Shown: positions 10,401 through 20,511 of the stretch, piece by piece | How the letters are laid out: every line of letters starts with the position of its first letter | How positions within the stretch are numbered: position 1 is the first letter of the stretch | NCBI GenBank assembly: GCA_016839945.1 | Contig: JAEOTE010000025.1 | Coordinates: 12,517 to 76,516 of the forward strand | DNA length: 64,000 bases | Direction: 5' to 3' | Source of the DNA: Candidatus Heimdallarchaeota archaeon | GTDB taxonomy: Archaea; Asgardarchaeota; Heimdallarchaeia; Heimdallarchaeales; Heimdallarchaeaceae | Notes under the pieces: model-generated | Databases searched by the model: none | What the model was told of the DNA's origin: nothing | Seen by the model: only the letters and a program-made list of their open reading frames with translations | Position numbers and translations under genes: made by a program

Positions 10401-11207
10401 ATGTTTGAAATTTTAGAATTAGAAGATATAGACGAGAAGATTTTTTGGGATTATGTTCTCAGTGATGTTCCAAGATATTTCTTTTTCATTCTAGATTTAA
10501 AACAATATCCTGAAAGCTGTCGGTTCTTTCTTGCAATTGAGAATGACATCATAGTAGGTTTATGCCTCATTTGGAAAAATCATGTTGCTCAAATTCGAGG
10601 TCAAAATGAAAAAATAATAAAAGCTCTAATAGAAGTAATCCCTAAAGATATTCCAATTGACGAGATTAGTGTTGAGTATAAGTACAAAGAACTACTGCAT
10701 TCCCTGTTTCCTAAACCAAAGAATAAGTTTTCATTACACAGGATGGTACTGCAAAAAGAAAAAATGATTCCTCGATTCCCATTAAACAAACCTTTTACTG
10801 AGAGGATATTAACTAAAGAAGATGCACCAAAGATTGTCAAGCTAATGAAAAAGGCTGATTCTTTTTATTGGAGTAAAATAACTGTTGATGATTTAACTTT
10901 TGATGAAAATCAGAATTATTACAGTCTCTTTGATGATAACAAATTAATCTGTTTCACTTTAGCATGGATTGATGAGACAGCTGCAATTATCTCAACTGCA
11001 GCAACACTTCCAAAATATCAAAACAAGGGACTTGCTACATATTTAGTTAATGAAACAATACACAAAATGATGGAGCATACAGAAATTGCAATTATACATG
11101 TGATTACTGAAAACAAGCCTGCGATAAGAGTATATTCCAAAATAGGATATGAAATATATTCGACTTATGAAATTATAGAATTAAATAAAAGTCCAATGAA
11201 ATCCTGA
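10401..11207 (+). CDS. GNAT-family N-acetyltransferase
   Basis: ATLPKYQNKGLAT (motif A) and ENKPAIRVYSKIGY (motif B). Confidence 0.9.
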   Translation: MFEILELEDIDEKIFWDYVLSDVPRYFFFILDLKQYPESCRFFLAIENDIIVGLCLIWKNHVAQIRGQNEKIIKALIEVIPKDIPIDEISVEYKYKELLHSLFPKPKNKFSLHRMVLQKEKMIPRFPLNKPFTERILTKEDAPKIVKLMKKADSFYWSKITVDDLTFDENQNYYSLFDDNKLICFTLAWIDETAAIISTAATLPKYQNKGLATYLVNETIHKMMEHTEIAIIHVITENKPAIRVYSKIGYEIYSTYEIIELNKSPMKS

Positions 11208-11228
11208 TTCTCTTTATAATTTTATTCT

Positions 11229-12500
11229 TTAACTATCAGATTTTTTTCTAGTTTTGATAATTAGAAATTCCGCGAAAATATCGTTATCTAAATACGCTTT
11301 ACTAGGAAATCTCTCTACTAGTTCTTCTGAAGCTCTTGGCTCACTCATCTCTATTATTTCTAGGTTATTTTTTACAAGTTCGTTAACATATGAACTAATT
11401 GGTCTTTGAAAACAAACACTTGGGAATCCCTCCCAGTAGGTGATAAGTACTGGTCTCTCATCAAAATAATTCTGTAATATTCTTATTCTATCCTCATTTC
11501 TTTTACTACCTTTTGGGATTCGTAATGTTGTTGCTGCAGGAAATGAAAATGCTGGATGGGTTATACTGAAAACAAAAATCCCATTATCTTTTAGAACATG
11601 TGCAATATTTTTGAGTGTAACCTTAAAATCAGCAATATCCATCAATGCCATATTACATACAACTTTGTCAAAATAACCTCTTTCAAATTCATAATGAAGT
11701 TCTTCAGCATTTAGTTTCAATAATCTAATTCCCAATTTATCCTTCTTTTCTCTTTCAATTGCTCTGTCAATCATGTTTGAAATATCTATACCAGTTACTT
11801 TTGCTCCAAGTTTAGCTAAGTATCTAACAACAGTGCCTTCACCACAAGCAACATCTAGAATTTCTTCATCCTTTTTTGCATTAAGTAAACGATATACATC
11901 TGGTAAGATTAAATGTGTGTGGTGATATTCTTTTTCATCTTCTTCTGGTGATATCCATTTAGATGCTAATGCATCCCAAGTGCTTTTTGGGGTGTATTCA
12001 TCAAGGGTTTCGAGTCTCTTATGTCTAACTGAATCTCCTGTTGAAAGGATTCTCTCTGAACCCCAAGCTTTATGAGGAAATTTTTGAGCTTCTAGCTCCT
12101 CTTTGTAGATAGGCATCCAGACAACCACATTTTCTTTTGGTTTAAGGTCACCTATTTGGAAAGGATGAGTGCCATCATATTCTGCAAAATCTAAAGCGGG
12201 ATTGAGTTTACCACATTTATGACAAGGAATGGAATAGTAATAATCATAACATAGGAATTCTTCTCGTACCATTTTTTCTTCTGCACAACTTTTGCAAGTA
12301 AAGTCTTTGCACGAAGAACACCAAGCTATTCCATTAAAGTGAACACTTGACTCACATTTACTACAATTATATTCCCAATGTAAGTGACATCTAGGAGTAA
12401 AATCATCTCTATCATGTATGGCGTTATTGATAGGATAGTCTGTTGCAATTTTATTGTATTCAAAACAGTAAAAACAAGGTTGAAATCCTTGAAGGTCCAT
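11229..12500 (-). CDS. Class I SAM-dependent methyltransferase with Cys-rich N-terminal domain
   Basis: ILDVACGEG, GIDIS, FDKVVCNMALMD, SITHPAF; N-terminus has CFYC, CHLH, CSKC, CSSC, CKSC, CHKC. Confidence 0.88.
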   Translation of the reverse strand: MDLQGFQPCFYCFEYNKIATDYPINNAIHDRDDFTPRCHLHWEYNCSKCESSVHFNGIAWCSSCKDFTCKSCAEEKMVREEFLCYDYYYSIPCHKCGKLNPALDFAEYDGTHPFQIGDLKPKENVVVWMPIYKEELEAQKFPHKAWGSERILSTGDSVRHKRLETLDEYTPKSTWDALASKWISPEEDEKEYHHTHLILPDVYRLLNAKKDEEILDVACGEGTVVRYLAKLGAKVTGIDISNMIDRAIEREKKDKLGIRLLKLNAEELHYEFERGYFDKVVCNMALMDIADFKVTLKNIAHVLKDNGIFVFSITHPAFSFPAATTLRIPKGSKRNEDRIRILQNYFDERPVLITYWEGFPSVCFQRPISSYVNELVKNNLEIIEMSEPRASEELVERFPSKAYLDNDIFAEFLIIKTRKKSDS

Positions 12501-12551
12501 AGATTACTTTATTACAATACATTAAAAAAATGACGGAAGATGTTTTTATGT

Positions 12552-13433
12552 TTAATCTTTAATTCGAGATTTAATATAAATTGTTGAGATAACCATAACA
12601 ATAATTGATGTTACTAAAAGAAATCCTGAAGTTGGATGAAGTGTCCATAAAGATTCATAAGCATACTCAACAAATACCCAATAATCTTCGATAACTGTTT
12701 CTTCCCAAGACCAAACATAACTTTTACCATTAGTAAAATTAAAGATAGAGAATTTTAAATTATCATAAAGATCGGTGTTATTGTAGAAATACTTTGGTTG
12801 TTCTCCGTAAATTCTAAATTCAACAGTTTCTGTTGTTACTCCATTCCATGCTCTGGCTGTTCCTACATCATATGTTATCATAATGGTGTCAAAGATATTT
12901 GTATCTTTATTAGCAATGGTGTCTGAAAATTTGTTTATTTCTGAACTGAAAGTATAACGAATAGAAGTGTTCGAATAACTTGAAATATTTGCAACACATA
13001 TGGCATATTTTCTGCCATACAAGGATGGAGGTTCATATTTACTAAGGAAAAGTTGAGTAATATTAAATTCCTTTTCCATTCCTTCAATTTCTATTTTCAG
13101 TGTTTTTTCTATATCGTAATATGAATAAAATGGAGCTGCAATTGTAACTACTTGAGTTTCCCCTGGATTATAGATTGTATAATTACCATCAAAAGATATC
13201 ATGAAATCTCCTTCTTCTTTAAAAGTCTCATTGATATTCATCAATACATTAGCTTCTATCATTTGCAGATTAGTTTCAGTATCAGTAAAAATACCTCCAA
13301 TAGCTTCTTCCATTACAATCAAAGGATTAGACTGGATGTTTAGATTATCTAATTTCATAGGAACAAAGAAAAGCAAAAGAATCATTATTAGAGGAATGAT
13401 ACTCTTAGTTTTCCGATTAAAGAAGTAAATCAT
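12552..13433 (-). CDS. Secreted, C-terminally membrane-anchored protein (DUF4424-like), paralog A
   Basis: N-terminal hydrophobic signal, C-terminal TM, N-x-S/T sequons; shares NYTIYNP..T....APF and YDVGTARAW.G..TETV with its neighbour. Confidence 0.7.
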   Translation of the reverse strand: MIYFFNRKTKSIIPLIMILLLFFVPMKLDNLNIQSNPLIVMEEAIGGIFTDTETNLQMIEANVLMNINETFKEEGDFMISFDGNYTIYNPGETQVVTIAAPFYSYYDIEKTLKIEIEGMEKEFNITQLFLSKYEPPSLYGRKYAICVANISSYSNTSIRYTFSSEINKFSDTIANKDTNIFDTIMITYDVGTARAWNGVTTETVEFRIYGEQPKYFYNNTDLYDNLKFSIFNFTNGKSYVWSWEETVIEDYWVFVEYAYESLWTLHPTSGFLLVTSIIVMVISTIYIKSRIKD

Positions 13434-13511
13434 CTAAAAAAATGTTAAAACATAAACAAAGATAAATTTTTTGAATTAACAGAATATTCACATAAATTCG
13501 AATTGTGATTA

Positions 13512-14411
13512 TTACATTTTTTTCCCTTTTCTGATTTTTATGACTTTAATAATTATAAAAACTATACATGCTAAAAATGCAGCAGATCCAAGAGTTACAC
13601 CTATAATGAATTGATTTAAAGGTGAAATTCTTCTTTGATAAAAAGGGAAATGACACGTAATTCTGTCCTCCTCTATTCTTTCATTTTTCCATGACCAAGA
13701 ATATTTAAAACCATTTTCTACTTCCTTAATGGTGGGTTCTATTTCATACCAGTCAGTTTCATTTCTTCCTGTACATCTAAGAGTAGTAGGTTGTTGTCCA
13801 TAAGCTGCAATTGTTACGGTTTCAGTAATGTTTCCCGACCATGCTCTTGCTGTACCTATGTCGTAGTGTAAAAAAGCTAATCCATAAACTATGTTTCCCA
13901 CTTTCCAGAACAATTTGTAATCAAATGAATAATGAAGAGTCGTACTTGTGTTTGAAACAAATGTCAGATTTGATACATAAACGTCTCTCTCTATTGGGTC
14001 ACTTAAATATTCATACCATGGACTATCTTCATAATATTCAATAGTCATAATTTCATATTCAATTTCTGTACCATTAGCAAGAACTCTAAAATTATTGAAA
14101 TCAAACGAAGCCCAATGTACAAAAGGTGCACCAACTAGAGTAGTAGTTGTTTCATTTGGATTAAATATAGTGTAATTAGCATTAAACCTTATTTGGTATT
14201 CTTTAAGATTATCAGTACTTGATACTTCAAAAAGAACTTGAGCTTCTGGCATCATAAGATTTGTATTGTTTTTTGGAATAATCATACCAAACTCATCTTC
14301 ATCAACATTAATCTCATTTGCATTTACTTCATGAATTCCTATCGGAAGATAAACAGTTCCAACAAGTATCAGTATTGCACTTATAATACTAGTTGCTTTA
14401 GTTTTTAGCAA
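13512..14411 (-). CDS. Secreted, C-terminally membrane-anchored protein (DUF4424-like), paralog B
   Basis: Signal peptide, C-terminal TM with basic tail; NYTIFNP..T....GAPF and YDIGTARAWSGNITETV. Confidence 0.7.
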   Translation of the reverse strand: MLKTKATSIISAILILVGTVYLPIGIHEVNANEINVDEDEFGMIIPKNNTNLMMPEAQVLFEVSSTDNLKEYQIRFNANYTIFNPNETTTTLVGAPFVHWASFDFNNFRVLANGTEIEYEIMTIEYYEDSPWYEYLSDPIERDVYVSNLTFVSNTSTTLHYSFDYKLFWKVGNIVYGLAFLHYDIGTARAWSGNITETVTIAAYGQQPTTLRCTGRNETDWYEIEPTIKEVENGFKYSWSWKNERIEEDRITCHFPFYQRRISPLNQFIIGVTLGSAAFLACIVFIIIKVIKIRKGKKM

Positions 14412-14547
14412 AGAACATTACCCAAATGTAATATTCAATTATCCATTTATTTCTTTCTTAATAGAACTAATTGTTGTTTTTCATTATATTGCAAAGGAGG
14501 AGACCTTTTTGGATGGGACACCTTGTTAAAATGACATACCTAACCGG

Positions 14548-14574
14548 CAGTGGAAATTAGTAACGCTTCCACTG
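14548..14574. repeat. 8-bp perfect inverted repeat (CAGTGGAA-N11-TTCCACTG)
   Basis: Read directly; lies just downstream of the stop of the minus-strand GTPase gene. Confidence 0.75.
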
Positions 14575-14582
14575 GAGAAAAT

Positions 14583-15284
14583 TTATGAATTTTCGATCTC
14601 TTCTCCAGTAATTTCTTCAATTTCTTTAATCCCTACTCCAACAATACCATATTCTGCAACCCATCGAGTAATAGTTTCTCTTAACTCATGTATTCCATCC
14701 ATACTTAAACAAGAGGTTTCAATTGACATAATCCTTTCTTCTTTAACTGGAAGTTCATGATCCTTGACGAAAGCTTTGATGTAATCCATTGCACTAATTA
14801 TTACCTTTTCATCTGGTTGAAGCAAATCAGTCTTATTAGGAACTAGAATAATCAGTGTTTTTTCATATATCCAATCTTTGACATAAGCAAATTTTAACCA
14901 CATCTCCAAAGATTCTAGTGTTCTATGATTTGTTACATCAAAGATAAGTAAAAGAACAGACACTTTTATCATAGCTGGAAAACAATCGAAGATATCCAAT
15001 ATTTCTTCAAAAGTTGTAACATGAGGGTTGTCTTTTTGTCTTTGTCCTGGAAAGATATAGATTTGTGGTGTAGAAGTTACTACCTTATCTCCTACTAGAA
15101 TTTTATCTGTCAGAAATTCCATTTCTATGTTGTAGGATTTTTTAGTTTTAAGTAAAACATCATTATGTTCAACTGAAGTAATGTGCGGATTGATTAATAA
15201 TCTAGACAAAACAGATTTCCCAGTTAATCCATCACCTAAAGGTATTATGCTACCAGTTGCATAATTCTTCATTTCACTAGTCAT
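14583..15284 (-). CDS. Divergent Ras-superfamily small GTPase
   Basis: G1 GDGLTGKS, degenerate G3 (IFPGQ), LIFDVT..TLESL..W, G4 NKTD, G5 ETSC. Confidence 0.82.
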   Translation of the reverse strand: MTSEMKNYATGSIIPLGDGLTGKSVLSRLLINPHITSVEHNDVLLKTKKSYNIEMEFLTDKILVGDKVVTSTPQIYIFPGQRQKDNPHVTTFEEILDIFDCFPAMIKVSVLLLIFDVTNHRTLESLEMWLKFAYVKDWIYEKTLIILVPNKTDLLQPDEKVIISAMDYIKAFVKDHELPVKEERIMSIETSCLSMDGIHELRETITRWVAEYGIVGVGIKEIEEITGEEIENS

Positions 15285-15533
15285 TTATATCTGTCCGTCT
15301 ATTATACACTACAATAACACTCTTTTCCAAACTGAACACTTAAAGAATGTTCTTATGTTACAATATGAAAAAGGGAATAAAATTCTTTTTAAAGTATCAA
15401 TCCACATAAAAGATTGTAATCTTTTTTGATTTATTGTATTTCTACTTTATAGTCCAAGAAGTTTCATAGTTGTGGAGAAATCTTTAAAGCAACTTCTAAA
15501 CAAAGAGAGTTAACTATATTTGGTGAATTATTA

Positions 15534-16778
15534 ATGTATGACCAGTTTAGAGAAATAGGCCCTCATTTTGAACTATCAGATACACATAAAATGGTAAAAC
15601 AAAGTGTAAGGGAATTTGCAGAAGCAGAAATAGCACCATATGTAAAAGAATGGGATCAAGCTCATCAATTCCATAAACCTATACTTAAGAAAATGGCAGA
15701 ACAAGGTTTACTTGGAATTAGTATTCCTGTTAAGTATGGTGGTGGAGGATTAGATTATATCTCACTTGCAATAGCATGTGAAGAATTAGAAAGAATTGAT
15801 ACAGCTTTTAGAGTTATACTATCAGTACACAATGGTTTGACAACGTTGACAATTTTTCAATGGGGAACTCCTGAACAGAAGAAACAATATCTCCCCTCAC
15901 TCGCATCGGGAGAAGTAATGAGTACTTATGGACTAACAGAACCAGCAGCTGGAAGTGACCCAGCAGGATTAAAAGCTACATGCAAACTTGAAGGAGATGA
16001 ATGGATCATTAATGGAGAAAAAATGTGGATTAGTTACACAGAATCCTCTGATTTATTCCTTATTTTTGCATATGAAGTAGATGTTCGACATAAAGGAATG
16101 AGAGCATTTATTGTTGAGAGAGATTTTGGTGGAATTACTACAGGTAATCTTGAACATAAAATGGGAATAAAAGCTGGAGAAACTGGATGGATTCATCTAG
16201 ATAATACTCCTGTACCTAAAGAGAACCTACTTGGTTTGCCTGATGAAGGATTTAAAGTTGCTATGGGTGCTCTTGATTGGGGTAGGTACACTGTAGCAGG
16301 TGGAGCTGTTGGGGGAGCTAAAGCATCTCTAGAAGCTGCAGTTGAATATGCAAATGAAAGGGAAACTTTTGGAAAAAAAATAAGCCATCATCAATTCATT
16401 CAAGGTATGATAGCTGAATGTGTTTCTGACATAGAAGCAGCAGAGCTCATAACTTGGAAAGCTGGTTGGGCAAAAAATCAAGGAAAAATTAATACACGTG
16501 AAACAGCTTTAGCAAAATGGTATGCAACTAATGCAGCTGTCAGATGCGCAGACAGAGCTATTCAAATTCATGGAGCTTATGGTTTTAGCGATGACTATCC
16601 TGTAGCTAGATATTATCGAAATGTTAGAGGAGCTACTATCTATGAAGGAAGTAATGAAATACAAAAGATAATCCAAGCTCGTTATGAACTTGGTTTTTAT
16701 GAAGATAAGCCTTTAAGATGCATGCCTCCTGCTTATGATCCTGAAGAATGGGCAAAAGAAGATACAGATAAGTTCTGA
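15534..16778 (+). CDS. Acyl-CoA dehydrogenase
   Basis: GLTEPAAGSD, NGEKMWIS, RETFGKKI, QIHGAYG, IYEGSNEIQ. Confidence 0.95.
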   Translation: MYDQFREIGPHFELSDTHKMVKQSVREFAEAEIAPYVKEWDQAHQFHKPILKKMAEQGLLGISIPVKYGGGGLDYISLAIACEELERIDTAFRVILSVHNGLTTLTIFQWGTPEQKKQYLPSLASGEVMSTYGLTEPAAGSDPAGLKATCKLEGDEWIINGEKMWISYTESSDLFLIFAYEVDVRHKGMRAFIVERDFGGITTGNLEHKMGIKAGETGWIHLDNTPVPKENLLGLPDEGFKVAMGALDWGRYTVAGGAVGGAKASLEAAVEYANERETFGKKISHHQFIQGMIAECVSDIEAAELITWKAGWAKNQGKINTRETALAKWYATNAAVRCADRAIQIHGAYGFSDDYPVARYYRNVRGATIYEGSNEIQKIIQARYELGFYEDKPLRCMPPAYDPEEWAKEDTDKF

Positions 16779-16844
16779 TATCTTTTCTTCTCTTCTCAAT
16801 TTTTTCTGCTAAATCTTTTTAATAATAAACTTAAACTGTTTCTT

Positions 16845-18512
16845 ATGAAATTTGATTATTCATATGATTTAGTTATAGTAGGCTCAGGTGGAGGAGGGAT
16901 GACTGCCTCTCTTGTTGCTAAACAAGCTGGATTGGATGTATTATTAATAGAAAAGACAGAATACTATGGTGGATCAACAGCTCTTTCTGGTGGAGGGATG
17001 TGGGTTCCAAATAATTTCTTACTAGAGAAAGCAGGTGTAGAAGATTCCTATGAAAAAGCTAAGGAATATTTGAGCAACACAGTGGGAGATAGAGTCCCCA
17101 CAGAAAACCAAGAAGCCTTTCTAAAAGAAGCACCAGAAATGATTGGATGGTTAAGAAATAACGCAAATATGAAATTCTTATATGTTCATGGATATTCTGA
17201 TTATCACCCTGATAGACCAGGGGGATTAGCTGCTGGTAGAGGACTAGAATCAAAACCATTTAATGGTCGTAAATTAAAAAACGACTTTCAATATTTGCGT
17301 CCTCCATCAATTGAAGCACCTTTCGGTATTGCTTTCACAATTTCTGAATATCATGATTTGGGGATGATAACATCAACCTGGAGGGGAAAATACGTTGCAC
17401 TCAAAACTGGAATTAAAACAATATTTAACTTAATATTTGGTATTAAATACTTAACTTTAGGTCGAGCTCTAATTGCTAGACTCCGTTATGCAATGAAGAA
17501 ACATAATATCCCTTTATGGTTGGAAGTTCCTTTCAAGGAATTAATTGTAGAGAATAAAAAAATAGTAGGTGTAATAGCTGAAAAAGAAAATAAGGAAATT
17601 CGAATTGAAGCTAAAAAAGGAGTTCTACTAGCAGCAGGAGGATTTCCTTTCAACTTGGAAATGAGAAAAGAGTATCAACCACAACCAACCTCTATTGAAT
17701 GGTCTTCAGCATGTCCTGGAAATACTGGTGATGCAATTTTAGCAGGTATTAAGATTGGTGCTGATATTGATTTGATGGATGATGCTTGGTGGGGTCCTTC
17801 TTCATTACCTCCAGAAGAACCTGTCTTCTTTCACGTTGGAGAAAGAGGTTATCCAGGAGGAATTATGGTTAATAAAGATGGAAAACGTTTTACAAATGAA
17901 GCTGCTAGCTATGTTGTTGTAGTTCACGAAATATATGAAAAACATTCTGAAGAAAATCCCCACATCCCTTGCTATTTCATATTTGATCAGAGATTTAAGA
18001 ACAAATATATGTTCGGTATAGCCTTTCCTAGAATGAAATTTCCACAGAAATATTATGATACTAGCTATATGAATAAAGCTGAAACTATAGCTCAACTTGC
18101 AAAAAAAATTGGTGTAAATGCAAAGAAACTGGAAGAAACCATTAATCAATATAATGAGTTTGCATTAAATGGAAAGGATCTAGATTTTGGTAAAGGAGAT
18201 AATGCTTATGATAATTTCTACGGTGATCCTAAGGTTAAACCAAATCCGAATTTAGCTCCACTAAAAAAACCTCCTTATTATGCTGTTGAATTTTATCCTG
18301 GTGACTTAGGAACTAAGGGTGGACTTGTAACTAATGAATATGCACAAGTTTTAAGGAAAAACGGTAGTATTATAGATGGCTTATACGCTACTGGAAATAC
18401 TATGGCTTCTGTTATGGGTAACACGTATCCTGGACCAGGTTCACCAGTATGTTCAACAATGACATTTGGATATGTTGCTGCAAAGCATATAATTGAAAAG
18501 AAACAAAAATAA
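16845..18512 (+). CDS. kstD: 3-ketosteroid Delta1-dehydrogenase-like flavoprotein
   Basis: VVGSGGGG, GGSTALSGGGMWVPNN, YSDYHP, MDDAWWGP, RFTNEAASY, GDLGTKGGL, TYPGPG. Confidence 0.85.
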   Translation: MKFDYSYDLVIVGSGGGGMTASLVAKQAGLDVLLIEKTEYYGGSTALSGGGMWVPNNFLLEKAGVEDSYEKAKEYLSNTVGDRVPTENQEAFLKEAPEMIGWLRNNANMKFLYVHGYSDYHPDRPGGLAAGRGLESKPFNGRKLKNDFQYLRPPSIEAPFGIAFTISEYHDLGMITSTWRGKYVALKTGIKTIFNLIFGIKYLTLGRALIARLRYAMKKHNIPLWLEVPFKELIVENKKIVGVIAEKENKEIRIEAKKGVLLAAGGFPFNLEMRKEYQPQPTSIEWSSACPGNTGDAILAGIKIGADIDLMDDAWWGPSSLPPEEPVFFHVGERGYPGGIMVNKDGKRFTNEAASYVVVVHEIYEKHSEENPHIPCYFIFDQRFKNKYMFGIAFPRMKFPQKYYDTSYMNKAETIAQLAKKIGVNAKKLEETINQYNEFALNGKDLDFGKGDNAYDNFYGDPKVKPNPNLAPLKKPPYYAVEFYPGDLGTKGGLVTNEYAQVLRKNGSIIDGLYATGNTMASVMGNTYPGPGSPVCSTMTFGYVAAKHIIEKKQK

Positions 18513-18526
18513 ATTAGAAAGAGAAA

Positions 18527-18937
18527 TCAAGAAAATCTCTTATCTATTTCTTTTATAACATCCTTCATTATTTCATTTACTTCATCTGCTAATATGCTTA
18601 CTTCTTTACTTTTTACAATACTCATAGCTTCTTTTGGTTTCATTGCAGAAACCACAATATTGTTTTTTTCATTTTCATAGATAATAACATTACAAGGCAA
18701 GAGCGCACCCATTTCGGGAACTAGTACGATAGCTTTATGAGCAAAGGGTGGGTTGCATGCACCAAGAATTTTGTATGGACGAATTTCAGCATCGATTTTC
18801 TTTTTCAACGTTTCTTTTGCATCTATTTCAGTTAAAATCCCAAAACCATGATCTGCTAAAATTTCTCTAGTAGCTTCTTCAACTTCTTTGAATCTATCAG
18901 CATCAATTTCCAATTCAGTAGAAATCACAATAGACAT
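18527..18937 (-). CDS. DUF302 domain protein
   Basis: GFGILTEID..TLKKK...YKILGACNP..A......GALLPCNV. Confidence 0.92.
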   Translation of the reverse strand: MSIVISTELEIDADRFKEVEEATREILADHGFGILTEIDAKETLKKKIDAEIRPYKILGACNPPFAHKAIVLVPEMGALLPCNVIIYENEKNNIVVSAMKPKEAMSIVKSKEVSILADEVNEIMKDVIKEIDKRFS

Positions 18938-19048
18938 AATTATCCACTAGATTAATAACAAATAAATCTTTACCTCTACAAGATTTTTATTCTAAAGCTT
19001 CTGGAACTTTTTTCTTAACATATTCCATGGGTTATATAGCTTCTTCTC

Positions 19049-20425
19049 TCATCCTTTTTCTATAGTACTTTCATTCTTCATTTTAGCTGAGGTTTTTATT
19101 AAGTCGAAGAAGGGATCATAATTTCCTATAATAATTGTAGGTATTGAAAGTAAGAAGAAAACTGCAACAATTGGTCCCAACCATTGCAATCCCCAATAAG
19201 AAGCACCTGGTTCAGGATTATAAATGAGTGGAACTAGTAGATAAGCAGTGGCTTGAAAAATGTTAAGTGGAATTGAATTAAATCCTGTATACATTCCAGC
19301 ACGAGATTCTTTAGTGATTCTTTCATCTTCATCTGCTAGATCTCCTATAATTGCATTAGGGAATAGATATGTTGTTGATAAGCCAAAACCAAGTAGTAAA
19401 CCAAATACCCATGTTTCAACATAGTCAGGGATCACAGGTATTTTACCTAAGACTAGAGTCAGCGGTAGAATTAGTATTAGACACCCATAGCTAATTAACA
19501 GTCCAATTCTTTTTCCTATTCTTTTAGACATTTTCTCCCAGAATATGAAACTTAACATAGTTGTACCAAACATAGCTACAGCAAATATAGCAAAATCCCT
19601 CATACCCGTAAGACCTAGGAAACTTATAAGATCAAATGTAAGAGCCGTTAGTATTGTCAAACCCATAGAGTAAATTCCTTGAGTTATAAACCAAAGAACA
19701 TAATTTTTGTTTGTTAAAACTACTTTGAATTCTCTTAGAATATCTCTTTCCTTTCTTTCAACAGGTTCTTCTTTTACGCTTAATAATACTGGAAGGAATG
19801 CCAGAACTTCGATAAGCGCAAAAATAATTACTGCTACTAAAAGAATAATACCTAAACGTCCTAAAATAGCCGTGGGACCAACATTTTTTATTTCTTCATC
19901 AAGCATTCCTGTAAAAATAAAAGCAAAGGCTAATCCCCCAATTGTAGCAAATAGATTAGTAGTGTTTTGAATAGCTGACATACCTACCCTATCGTCCTCT
20001 GTAGTTACTTCAGGCATCCAAGCTTGATAAGGAGTAGTTAAATATCCATAAAAAAGGTTAAACAATGCATACCAAACTAGAAGCCAAATAAAAACTAGAA
20101 TTTCCTTATCTAGAGGAATGAAATAATGAGGGATGAATAACATTACAAAGGATACTGCTAGAATTGGAGCACCTGTCCAAACAAAAAACTTCCTTCTCCC
20201 CCATTTAGGATTTTTAATTATATCAGAGAGATAACCAAAGATGAATCCTGAGAACGCTATTACAATTTTACCTACTGCGTTTCCAATTGCATTAAGTGTA
20301 TAATCTAGTTGAAAAGCTGAACCATAAACGTAGACTGTAGCAATTGTAACTACTTGCATGAATATAGCTGTTCCAAATTTCCCAACACCAAAAAATATCC
20401 TTTGACGACGAGTGAGTTTATGCAT
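19049..20425 (-). CDS. MFS transporter, GPH family (paralog of 7392-8741)
   Basis: GYLSD..WGRRKFFVWTGAP, PYQAW, DLADEDE..RAGMYTG; both paralogs end in GNYDPF. Confidence 0.88.
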   Translation of the reverse strand: MHKLTRRQRIFFGVGKFGTAIFMQVVTIATVYVYGSAFQLDYTLNAIGNAVGKIVIAFSGFIFGYLSDIIKNPKWGRRKFFVWTGAPILAVSFVMLFIPHYFIPLDKEILVFIWLLVWYALFNLFYGYLTTPYQAWMPEVTTEDDRVGMSAIQNTTNLFATIGGLAFAFIFTGMLDEEIKNVGPTAILGRLGIILLVAVIIFALIEVLAFLPVLLSVKEEPVERKERDILREFKVVLTNKNYVLWFITQGIYSMGLTILTALTFDLISFLGLTGMRDFAIFAVAMFGTTMLSFIFWEKMSKRIGKRIGLLISYGCLILILPLTLVLGKIPVIPDYVETWVFGLLLGFGLSTTYLFPNAIIGDLADEDERITKESRAGMYTGFNSIPLNIFQATAYLLVPLIYNPEPGASYWGLQWLGPIVAVFFLLSIPTIIIGNYDPFFDLIKTSAKMKNESTIEKG

Positions 20426-20511
20426 ACTATCACATAACTGTAATCGTTTTATAACTGGATAAAAGAAAAATGCAATTATAAAAAAATTACGGGAAAAATG
20501 AGGAAATGGTT

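Noticed and set aside
18987-19052. Tiny minus-strand reading frame (MREEAI*PMEYVKKKVPEALE*) after the MFS gene
   Set aside because: Too short and interrupted to support a gene, pseudogene or readthrough call.
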